DNA of 64,000 nucleotides from an uncultured Acidobacteriota bacterium. Its GTDB lineage: Bacteria > Acidobacteriota > Vicinamibacteria > Vicinamibacterales > 2-12-FULL-66-21. The DNA lies in contig CAWJYM010000009.1 in assembly GCA_963847125.1 (NCBI GenBank), positions 82,658 through 146,657 of the forward strand. The letters run 5' to 3'. Made by a program: the position numbers and the translations under genes. Shown here one piece after another: positions 44,235 to 52,490 of this stretch. The first letter of the stretch is position 1. Each line of letters begins with the position of its first letter. Under the pieces are notes generated by a model. It worked only from the letters and a program-made list of their open reading frames with translations, had not been told where the DNA came from and did not search any database.

Positions 44235-44870
44235 ATGCGGATTATACTGCCGGCCCTTTTCTCACTCGGCGCCGCCCTGGCGCTCGCGTGGACGCAGGCA
44301 GGATCCTCGAATCTCGATCGGCGCGTCCGGGAGTTTCTCGATCGCAATCGCTCGAACTGGCACGATCTGAACGTCCCCGAGGTCGACGGGCGGACGCTGC
44401 ACGACCTCGTTCTCAAGCACAAGTACACGAAGGCGCTCGAGATCGGCACGTCAACCGGTCACTCGGGAATCTGGATCGCCTGGGCGCTGAGCAAGACTGG
44501 TGGCCGGCTAGTCACGATCGACATCGACGAACGGCGTCACAAAATCGCGCTGGCCAACTTCAAGGAGGCCGGCCTCTCGGAGTACATCGACGCGAGGCTC
44601 GCCGATGCGCACGAGCTCGTTCCGAAACTCGAGGGCCCGTTCGACTTCGTCTTCTCCGACGCGGACAAGGAGTGGTACACGAACTACTTCGTGGCCGTGT
44701 GGCCGAAGGTCCAGAGCGGCGGTTGTTTCACAGCGCATAACGTGTCGGGGACGCGGCAGGCCGGCATCCGCGAGTTCCTGGCCCACCTCAAGACCGTCCC
44801 GAACGCAGAGACGACGATCGATCGAGGCAGCAACGCCGGGCTGTCGATCACGTTCAAACGTTCTTCGTGA
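44235..44870 (+). CDS. O-methyltransferase (Methyltransf_3/CCoAOMT-like) with signal-like N-terminus
   Basis: Second ATG at 44235 (MRIILPALFSLGAALALAWTQAGSS). ALEIGTSTGHSGIW, FDFVFSDADK. Confidence 0.85.
   Translation: MRIILPALFSLGAALALAWTQAGSSNLDRRVREFLDRNRSNWHDLNVPEVDGRTLHDLVLKHKYTKALEIGTSTGHSGIWIAWALSKTGGRLVTIDIDERRHKIALANFKEAGLSEYIDARLADAHELVPKLEGPFDFVFSDADKEWYTNYFVAVWPKVQSGGCFTAHNVSGTRQAGIREFLAHLKTVPNAETTIDRGSNAGLSITFKRSS
44241..44246 (-). promoter_or_regulatory. candidate -10 TATAAT, 8 nt upstream of the D-aminoacylase ATG (leaderless-type arrangement)
   Basis: On the minus strand: cagTATAATccgcatcgATG. No SD sequence. Confidence 0.4.
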
Positions 44871-46578
44871 TCTCCTCGTGCACCCTCGCGCGCTCCCGAT
44901 CGATCTGATCCGGAGACGCGCCGAGCTCGCGAAGGATCGCCTCGGTGAACGCGAGCGCGACCTCCGCTTCTCCGGAGAACACCATGTCGGCCCCCGCACG
45001 CCGCAGGGGCGGCAGATCGCGCAGATAGTTGCCACGCGCGAGAATGCGAATCTTCGGATTCAACTCACGCGCGAGCCGGATGATCTCCTGGCTGCCCTGC
45101 ATCGACGCTGAGGCGAGGACCAGATAACCGCCGCTCCCGATGCCGGCCTGGACCAGGGTGTCGCGGCGGCTGGCGTCGCCGTACACCGCTTCGATTCCAT
45201 CGTCTCGCAGCTGCCGCACGACGTCGAGATTGAGGTCGATGAGCGTGGGCGCGATCCCGTTCTCACGAAGCAGCCGTGTCACGGATTGGCCGGATGGCCC
45301 ATAGCCCACGACGATCGCGCGGTGACGGCTGTCGGACGGTCGATCGCCCAGGTCCGGCGCCGGGACCGCCGGAGAGTCGGCGCCGGCGGATGCGCGGCGC
45401 GCCCGGGCGGCGATTGGATCCACGGCACGGTACAGCAGCGGGTTCACGCTGATCGAGACGATGGCCGCCGCGACGAGGGCGTTCGTCCCGCCCGGATCGA
45501 GGACTTTCAGATCGCGCCCGACCGTCGCCAGCATGAACGAGAACTCGCCAATCTGCGCGAGCGCAACCGCCACGGCGAGCGCCACGCCAATCGGGTACCG
45601 CATCAGCAGGACGATGATCAACGCGGCCGCGGGCTTCCCAATCAGGATCACGCCCAGCGCGAGCGCCACGACCGTCGGTTCCCTGAGGATGCGGACCGGA
45701 TCGACCAGCATGCCGACCGAAACGAAGAACAGCACGCCGAAGGCGTCGCGCAGCGGCAGCGCCTCGCCCGCCGCCCGCACGCTGAACTCCGACCGGCCAA
45801 CGACGAGCCCGGCGAGGAACGCTCCGAGCGCCATCGAGACGCTGAACCACTGCGCGGCCGCCACGGCAATCCCGAGCGCGATGACGAGAACGGTCAGGTT
45901 GAACAGGTCGCGCGAGCGGCTCAGCGCCGCACGCTCCAGGAGCCAGGGGATGATCCGGCCGCCGACGGTCATCGTCAGGATGACGAGGGCCGCGATCTTG
46001 ACGATCGCTATCGCCAGGTCGCCCGCCAGGCGTGAGGAACCGGCGCCGAATCCAACGTCCTCGGCGAAAACTACGGGCATCAACACGAGGATGACCACCG
46101 TGAAGAGATCCTCGACGACGAGCCAGCCCACCGCGATGTGCCCAACCGGTGTGTGGAGATCGTGATGGTCGGACAGCACGCGGACGAGGACGACGGTGCT
46201 CGCGACCGACAACGCGAGACCAAACACCACGCCCGAACTCCAGTCCCAGCCGACCGCTCGGGCCGCCAGCGCGCCCAGTCCGGTGGCGACCAGACTCTGC
46301 ACGATCGCCCCCGGCACGGCGACGCGCCGGACGGCCAGCAGTTCCTTGAAATGAAACTGAAGGCCGACGCCGAACATCAGGAGGATGACGCCGATCTCGG
46401 CGAGCTGCTCGGCCAGCGCCCGATCCGCCGAGAACCCCGGCGTGTAGGGTCCGACGACGACGCCTGCGAGCAGGTATCCGACGATCGGAGACAGGCGCAG
46501 CCGTTCCGTGATGGAGCCGAGGACGAGAGCCGCGGCAAGACCGCCGGTGGCGGTCAGGATGAGGTCGGTGTTGTGCAC
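44854..46578 (-). CDS. CPA2 cation:proton antiporter with C-terminal RCK/TrkA-N domain (Kef-type)
   Basis: 574 aa, GTG start. About 12 TM helices, then AIVVGYGPSGQSVTRLL Rossmann. Confidence 0.9.
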   Translation of the reverse strand: MHNTDLILTATGGLAAALVLGSITERLRLSPIVGYLLAGVVVGPYTPGFSADRALAEQLAEIGVILLMFGVGLQFHFKELLAVRRVAVPGAIVQSLVATGLGALAARAVGWDWSSGVVFGLALSVASTVVLVRVLSDHHDLHTPVGHIAVGWLVVEDLFTVVILVLMPVVFAEDVGFGAGSSRLAGDLAIAIVKIAALVILTMTVGGRIIPWLLERAALSRSRDLFNLTVLVIALGIAVAAAQWFSVSMALGAFLAGLVVGRSEFSVRAAGEALPLRDAFGVLFFVSVGMLVDPVRILREPTVVALALGVILIGKPAAALIIVLLMRYPIGVALAVAVALAQIGEFSFMLATVGRDLKVLDPGGTNALVAAAIVSISVNPLLYRAVDPIAARARRASAGADSPAVPAPDLGDRPSDSRHRAIVVGYGPSGQSVTRLLRENGIAPTLIDLNLDVVRQLRDDGIEAVYGDASRRDTLVQAGIGSGGYLVLASASMQGSQEIIRLARELNPKIRILARGNYLRDLPPLRRAGADMVFSGEAEVALAFTEAILRELGASPDQIDRERARVHEEITKNV

Positions 46579-46601
46579 ACTGAATTGCCAATCGTCCGCG
46601 G

Positions 46602-46607
46602 ATTATA
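46602..46607 (-). promoter_or_regulatory. candidate -10 TATAAT upstream of the Kef-type antiporter
   Basis: On the minus strand: aagTATAATccgcggacg..., 23 nt before GTG 46578. The 12-mer AGTATAATCCGC is identical to the one at 44237-44248. Confidence 0.4.
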
Positions 46608-46637
46608 CTTGGCAGGCCCGAGAGGCCCCTCCGCATG

Positions 46638-46656
46638 GCGGGCCTGAGAGGCCCGT
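46638..46656. repeat. REP hairpin (inverted copy of the GCGGGCC..GGCCCGC family)
   Basis: GCGGGCCtgagaGGCCCGt. A degenerate neighbour lies at 46613-46630. Confidence 0.75.
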
Positions 46657-46668
46657 CCTCCACACCCT

Positions 46669-47493
46669 ATGCGCATCGCGTATCAAGGAGAACCCGGCGC
46701 GTTCAGCGAGGCGGCGGCCGGGCTCATCCAGCCGCAGGCGACAACCGTTCCCTGCAGGAGCTTCGAGGAGGTCTTCGACGCCGTCGCGCGCGGCAATGTC
46801 TCGCACGGGATCGTCCCCATCGAGAACTCGATCGGCGGAAGCATCCATCGCAACTACGATCTGCTGCTCGAGCACGAGCTGCCGATCGTGGGCGAGGTCG
46901 AGCTGAAGGTCGAGCACGCGCTGCTCGCGATGCCTGGAGTCGCGCTGGAATCGGTGAAACGTGTCTACTCGCATCCCCAGGCGCTCGCCCAGTGCGAGCG
47001 TTTCCTGCAGAGTCTGCCCGGCATCGAGGTCGTCGCCACCTACGACACCGCCGGCAGCGCCAAGATGATCCGCGACGGCGGCGTCAAGGATGCCGCGGCG
47101 ATTGCCTCCGCCCGGGCGGCGGCGATCTTCGGCCTGGACGTCCTGCGATCGGGGATTCAGGACTACGAAGCCAACATCACCCGCTTCCTGATGATCTGCA
47201 AACGCCCGGTGCCGCTCGGCACGCCCGACAAGACCTCGATCGTCGTGTCGCTCGGCAACGAGCCGGGCTCGCTCTTCAAGGCGCTGAGCGTGTTCGCGCT
47301 CCGCAACATCGACCTCACGAAGCTCGAGTCCCGGCCGATTCGCGGCCGGCCATGGGAGTATCTCTTCTACATCGACCTCGGCATAGCGCGCGAAGAGCTC
47401 CAATGCGCCCGCGCGCTCGTGCACCTCGGCGAGTTCGCCCGCTCGCTGCGGACCCTCGGGACCTACGAGCGCTGGAAGGGCTCCGGCCAGTGA
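46669..47493 (+). CDS. pheA: prephenate dehydratase
   Basis: MRIAYQGEPGAFSE .. IENSIGGSI .. TRFLMI .. ESRP ACT domain. Confidence 0.92.
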   Translation: MRIAYQGEPGAFSEAAAGLIQPQATTVPCRSFEEVFDAVARGNVSHGIVPIENSIGGSIHRNYDLLLEHELPIVGEVELKVEHALLAMPGVALESVKRVYSHPQALAQCERFLQSLPGIEVVATYDTAGSAKMIRDGGVKDAAAIASARAAAIFGLDVLRSGIQDYEANITRFLMICKRPVPLGTPDKTSIVVSLGNEPGSLFKALSVFALRNIDLTKLESRPIRGRPWEYLFYIDLGIAREELQCARALVHLGEFARSLRTLGTYERWKGSGQ

Positions 47494-47500
47494 GGATCCA

Positions 47501-48247
47501 ATGAACTATCTCGCCGAAGCGATCGGGACGATGCTGCTCATCACGCTGGGAGATGGCGTGGTCGCCAACGTCCTGCTGAACAAGTCGAAGGGTCAGGGCA
47601 GCGGCTGGATCGTGATCGCCACCGGCTGGGGACTCGCCGTGGCGATGGCCGTTTACGCCGTCGGCCGGATCAGCGGCGCGCATCTCAACCCGGCCGTCAC
47701 CGTGGCGCTGGCCTCCATCGGCGCGTTCGGGTGGGGGGATGTGCCAGGGTACATCCTCGCGCAGATGGTCGGCGCCTTCGCCGGAGCGGTCGTCGTCTGG
47801 CTGGCCTATCTGCCCCACTGGCGCCAGACCACGGACGCCGACGCGAAGCTGGCCGTCTTCTGCACCGGGCCCGCGATTCGGCAGCCGACCGCGAACCTCG
47901 TCACGGAGGCGATCGGCACCGCGGTCCTGGTTTTCGGCGTGCTCGCCATCGGCGCGAACGCCGAAACCATGACGAATTCTGGGCAGGGCGATCTGGCCGT
48001 TGTCTTCCACCTCGGAATCCAGCCGCTCCTCGTCGGCGCGCTCGTCTTCGCCATCGGCCTGTCGCTCGGCGGGCCGACCGGCTATGCGATCAACCCGGCC
48101 CGCGATCTCGGGCCTCGTCTGGCGTACAGCCTGCTGCCGATTCCGCGCAAGCGGGACGCCGACTGGGACTACGCCTGGATTCCGGTCGTGGGTCCGCTGA
48201 TCGGTGGCGTCGTGGGTGCCGGGCTCTTCTTCGCGATCGGCTTCTGA
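47501..48247 (+). CDS. glpF: MIP-family glycerol uptake facilitator
   Basis: Two NPA boxes (HLNPAVT, AINPARD). Confidence 0.9.
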   Translation: MNYLAEAIGTMLLITLGDGVVANVLLNKSKGQGSGWIVIATGWGLAVAMAVYAVGRISGAHLNPAVTVALASIGAFGWGDVPGYILAQMVGAFAGAVVVWLAYLPHWRQTTDADAKLAVFCTGPAIRQPTANLVTEAIGTAVLVFGVLAIGANAETMTNSGQGDLAVVFHLGIQPLLVGALVFAIGLSLGGPTGYAINPARDLGPRLAYSLLPIPRKRDADWDYAWIPVVGPLIGGVVGAGLFFAIGF

Positions 48248-48254
48248 GGTCCGC

Positions 48255-49775
48255 ATGGCTCGATACGTCGGCGCAATCGATCAGGGCACGACGAGCAGCC
48301 GTTTCATTGTCTTCGACGAAGCGGGCGGCATCGCCGGACAACATCAGCTCGAGCACCGCCAGATCCTCCCGAGACCCGGCTGGGTCGAGCACGATCCGAT
48401 CGAGATCCTGAAGCGCACCGAGGAAGTCATCGCAGGCGGGATGCGCAACGCGCGTGTCCTTGCCGCCGACCTCGCGGCCATCGGCGTCACGAACCAGCGC
48501 GAGACCACGGTCGTCTGGAACCCGAAAACGGGCGAGCCCTGGACGAACGCGATCGTCTGGCAGGACACGCGCACCGATCGCATCGTCGCGGGCCTCGAGC
48601 GCGATGGTCAGGGTGCAGCCATCCGCCGCAAGACCGGTCTTCCGCCCGCAACGTACTTTTCGGCGCCGAAGCTCCAGTGGATCCTGGAAAACGTCGACGG
48701 CGTCAGGCGCGCCGCCGACCGGGGCGAGGCGCTCTTCGGCACGATCGACACGTGGATCATCTGGAATCTGACCGGCGGGCCGGATGGCGGCGTCCACGTG
48801 ACCGACGTGACGAATGCGAGCCGGACGATGCTCGCGGATCTCGAGACGTTGACGTGGGACGACGAGCTGCTCGCGCTGTTCGGTGTCTCTCGATCGATGT
48901 TGCCGGAGATCCGTCCGTCCTCGGATCGGCGCTCGTACGGCACGACGCGAGCGGCCGGCCCGACAGGCGGCGAGGTGCCCATCTCGGCGGACCTCGGCGA
49001 TCAGCAGGCGGCGACGGTCGGTCAGGCCTGCTACGCGCCCGGCACGGCCAAGAACACGTACGGCACCGGCAACTTCATGCTCCTCAACACCGGGACCCGC
49101 CGAGTCCCGTCGACGTCGGGGCTGCTGACGACGGTGTGTTATCGATTCGACGACCGGCCGACCGTGTACGCGCTCGAGGGTTCTGTTGCGGTGACCGGCT
49201 CCGCCGTGCAATGGCTGCGGGATCAGCTGGGCATCATTAGTACTGCCGCCGACATCGAATCGCTCGCCAACACGGTGCAGGATGCAGGCGGAATGTACTT
49301 CGTGCCTGCGTTCTCCGGCTTGTTCGCGCCGTACTGGCGGTCGGACGCGCGCGGCGCGATCGTAGGCCTGTCCAGATACCACGAGAAAGGCCACCTCGCC
49401 CGCGCCACGCTCGAGGCGATCTGCTTCCAGACCCGCGCGGTGCTCGACGCGATGATCGCCGACGCGAGCATCGCGCTCGACGTGCTCAAGGTGGACGGCG
49501 GCGCGACGGTCAACGACACGCTGCTGCAACTGCAGGCGGACATCCTGGGCGTTTCCGTCGTCCGGCCTGTGATTACAGAAACGACGGCGCTCGGTGCGGC
49601 TTACGCCGCGGGGCTCGCGGCCGGTGTCTGGAAGGATCTGGCTGAGCTGGAGCGCAAGTGGCGCCCCGACAAGCAGTGGGAGCCGCGGTGGAGCGCGGAC
49701 CAGCGCGAGTCCGCGTACGCGGGATGGAAGAAGGCGGTCGAGCGGACGTTCGGGTGGATTGAGCTCACCCTGTGA
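48255..49775 (+). CDS. glpK: glycerol kinase
   Basis: ATG 48255 ([21 protein letters not shown]) .. [10 protein letters not shown] .. VDGGAT. Confidence 0.95.
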   Translation: MARYVGAIDQGTTSSRFIVFDEAGGIAGQHQLEHRQILPRPGWVEHDPIEILKRTEEVIAGGMRNARVLAADLAAIGVTNQRETTVVWNPKTGEPWTNAIVWQDTRTDRIVAGLERDGQGAAIRRKTGLPPATYFSAPKLQWILENVDGVRRAADRGEALFGTIDTWIIWNLTGGPDGGVHVTDVTNASRTMLADLETLTWDDELLALFGVSRSMLPEIRPSSDRRSYGTTRAAGPTGGEVPISADLGDQQAATVGQACYAPGTAKNTYGTGNFMLLNTGTRRVPSTSGLLTTVCYRFDDRPTVYALEGSVAVTGSAVQWLRDQLGIISTAADIESLANTVQDAGGMYFVPAFSGLFAPYWRSDARGAIVGLSRYHEKGHLARATLEAICFQTRAVLDAMIADASIALDVLKVDGGATVNDTLLQLQADILGVSVVRPVITETTALGAAYAAGLAAGVWKDLAELERKWRPDKQWEPRWSADQRESAYAGWKKAVERTFGWIELTL

Positions 49776-50992
49776 AGCCCGATACGCTGCCCACTGAAAC
49801 CGTCGAGGCCGAAGGCCACCTCGTCGATTCCGGCCTATTGTCCGGGATTTTCGACAAGGTCATCGCACGCGGCGGCGCCTTCGAAGTCGTTCGCTTCGAT
49901 CTGGGTCAGACGAACGAGGAGTTCTCACGGCTGACCCTGAAGGTGACCGCGCCGAGTGTCGCGGCTCTTGACGATCTCCTCGAAGAGCTCGTCTCGCTGG
50001 GCTGCCGGCGTGAGGACCATCGGGATGCGCTCGTCCGGCCCGCCGATCGAGACGGCTGCGCGCCGGAGGACTTCTATTCGACGACCAACCAACGGACGGA
50101 AGTACGCGTCATGGGACGGTGGATACCCGTCGAGCAGCAGCGAATGGACGCCGTGATCGTGACCGATACCGCGAAGGCCTCGTGCCGCAAGCTGCGCGAT
50201 ATCCGCGCCGGCGATCGGATCGTGTGCGGCCTCGACGGCATCCGCGTCGTCCCCGAGTTCAAGGCCCGCGATCGGCTGGGCTTCGCGTTCATGAACACCG
50301 AGGTGTCGTCCGAGCGGCGGGTCGAGGCGAGCGTCGGACGAATCGCCGAGATGTTCCGCGAAACGAAGTCGACAGGCGGAAAGATCGCGTTCGTCGCCGG
50401 GCCGGTCGTGGCTCACACCGGCGGCATCCCGCACTTTTGCGAGCTGATTCGCCGAGGGTTCGTGGACGTCATCCTCGCCGGGAACGCGCTCGCGACCCAC
50501 GACATCGAAGCGGCGCTCTTCGGCACGTCGCTCGGCGTCAATCTCGAGACGGGCGTCGCGGTCGAGGGCGGCCATCGTCATCACATGCGCGCGATCAACG
50601 CGATCCGCCGGGCCGGCGGCATCGCCGCCGCGGTCGAGTCCGGGATTCTGCAGTCGGGAGTCATGTACGAGTGCGTCCGGCGCGGCGTGCCATTCCTGCT
50701 CGCCGGCAGCATTCGCGACGACGGGCCGCTGCCGGAGACGATGATGGACCTGGTCGAGGCGCAGGATCGCTACGCGGCCGCGCTGAAAGACGTCGGGACG
50801 GTGGTCGTCCTCTCGAGCATGCTCCATGGGATCGGCGTCGGGAACATGGTGCCGGCGTGGGTCCGCATGGTGTGCGTGGACATCAACCCGGCCGTCATCA
50901 CGAAGCTCGCCGACCGCGGATCGTCGCAGACGCTTGGAGTGGTCACCGACGCCGGGCTGTTCCTGCATCATCTGGCGGCGCGGCTGGCGTAG
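49772..50992 (+). CDS. TIGR00300-family protein (LOR/SDH conserved-region, ornithine cyclodeaminase-like)
   Basis: 406 aa, GTG start overlapping the glpK stop (GTGA). [21 protein letters not shown].. and ..AGNALATHD.. match my memory of this family. Confidence 0.75.
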   Translation: MKPDTLPTETVEAEGHLVDSGLLSGIFDKVIARGGAFEVVRFDLGQTNEEFSRLTLKVTAPSVAALDDLLEELVSLGCRREDHRDALVRPADRDGCAPEDFYSTTNQRTEVRVMGRWIPVEQQRMDAVIVTDTAKASCRKLRDIRAGDRIVCGLDGIRVVPEFKARDRLGFAFMNTEVSSERRVEASVGRIAEMFRETKSTGGKIAFVAGPVVAHTGGIPHFCELIRRGFVDVILAGNALATHDIEAALFGTSLGVNLETGVAVEGGHRHHMRAINAIRRAGGIAAAVESGILQSGVMYECVRRGVPFLLAGSIRDDGPLPETMMDLVEAQDRYAAALKDVGTVVVLSSMLHGIGVGNMVPAWVRMVCVDINPAVITKLADRGSSQTLGVVTDAGLFLHHLAARLA

Positions 50993-50994
50993 GC

Positions 50995-52365
50995 TCAGGG
51001 CACCGGCGCAGGCACAGCCACGACAGTGTCAAACCTCAGCTTCCGCCGGAACTCCCGCTGCAGCAGCCACACGTTCAGCGCCATCTGCACGAGTACCGTG
51101 GCGACCGCCAGGTACCAGACGTGCCGGAGCTCGAACCCCGGCCTCCGCGACATCAGAAACGCGGGCACCGCGAAGCACACCAGTCGTACGGCCGAGATGA
51201 TCACGGGAGGCACGCTGTTGCCGATCCCCTGAAAGATGCTCGAGCTCGTGAACACGATCGCGCTCGGCACGAAGTTCCATGAGGTGATGCGCAGGTACTC
51301 GGCGCCAATCAGGACGACCGTGGGATCCGGCGAGAAGGGGCGAATCAATGCGGCCGGCGAGATGTGGCACAGGACGGTCAACACACCCATCAGCCCCGAC
51401 GCCATCATGGCCGCCCACCGGAACGTCTCCCGCACGCGATCGGCCTGGCGCGCTCCGAAGTTCTGGCCGACGACCGGCGACGCCGCGAAGGCAATCGCCA
51501 GCACCGGGAGGAACAGCGACTGCATGACGCGGCCGCCGATGCCGAACCCCGCCTGCGCCGCGGCGCCGAAATCCTGGATCAGCCGGTACACGAGCATCAT
51601 GTAGAGCGACAGCAGCAGGAACTCGCCGCCCGCCGGGGCGCCAATCGCCATCATCCGCTTCCAGATCCTCAAGTCCGGCTTCCAGGCGGTCCGATCGAAC
51701 GTCACGTAGCCTTCGAGCCGCAGGAAGTACATGACGAGCAACACGATGCCGAACACGATTGCCACGAGCGTCGAGAGCGCCGCGCCGGCAACCCCCATCG
51801 CGACGCCCGTCCCCCAACCGAAGATGAGCACCGGCGCGAGCACGATGTTCAGGACGACGGTAATGACCTGCACGACGGTGGTGGGCTTGACGATTCCCGT
51901 CCCGCGAAGCGCGGACCCCATGGCAACCACGCCGAACTGCAGCGCGAGCGCGGGGAGGAACCACGCCAGGTACTCTTCCCCCATCCTGACGGTCTCGGTG
52001 TCGGCCGCGAGCGCCCGGCAGTACGCTCCGCGAACGGCGAAGGCGACGACAAGGAAGACGAGGCCGGACAGAACCGACAGCACGAGCGACTGATTGAAGA
52101 CGACACGCGCGCGCGCCCGGTCCTTCGCTCCCGCCGCGTGGGCAATCAGCGTGGTGGTGCCGACGCCGAGCGCCTGGGTCAGCGCCAGCACGACGAACGA
52201 CACGGTTCCGGCGAGGCCGACCGCGGCGACCGCCTCCTTGCCCAGCCGGCCGACCCAGTACATGTCGACGAGCAGATACAGCGTCTGGAGGAGCATGCTC
52301 GCGGCGAGAAACGCGGCAATCTGCATCAGATTGCGCGCGACCGGTCCCTGCGTCAGATCCTTCAT
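50995..52365 (-). CDS. MATE family efflux transporter
   Basis: 456 aa, 12 TM helices. N-terminal DLTQGPVARNLMQIA..VDMYWVGRLG. Confidence 0.9.
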   Translation of the reverse strand: MKDLTQGPVARNLMQIAAFLAASMLLQTLYLLVDMYWVGRLGKEAVAAVGLAGTVSFVVLALTQALGVGTTTLIAHAAGAKDRARARVVFNQSLVLSVLSGLVFLVVAFAVRGAYCRALAADTETVRMGEEYLAWFLPALALQFGVVAMGSALRGTGIVKPTTVVQVITVVLNIVLAPVLIFGWGTGVAMGVAGAALSTLVAIVFGIVLLVMYFLRLEGYVTFDRTAWKPDLRIWKRMMAIGAPAGGEFLLLSLYMMLVYRLIQDFGAAAQAGFGIGGRVMQSLFLPVLAIAFAASPVVGQNFGARQADRVRETFRWAAMMASGLMGVLTVLCHISPAALIRPFSPDPTVVLIGAEYLRITSWNFVPSAIVFTSSSIFQGIGNSVPPVIISAVRLVCFAVPAFLMSRRPGFELRHVWYLAVATVLVQMALNVWLLQREFRRKLRFDTVVAVPAPVP

Positions 52366-52389
52366 TACGGCTCCATGATACCGGCCTGG

Positions 52390-52446
52390 CCCGCCGAAGC
52401 CTCGGCGTAGGCGGCCTTGCCCCGCCGAAGCCTTGGCGGAGGCGGG
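52390..52446. repeat. two tandem REP-like units CCGCCGAAGCCTYGGCGKAGGCGG
   Basis: cccgccgaagcctcggcgtaggcgg / ccccgccgaagccttggcggaggcggg, in the MATE / ADOP divergent spacer. Confidence 0.8.
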
Positions 52447-52490
52447 TGAATGACCCGAACCCTCGCGTGAATCCGCCCGTATGGTGTCGT

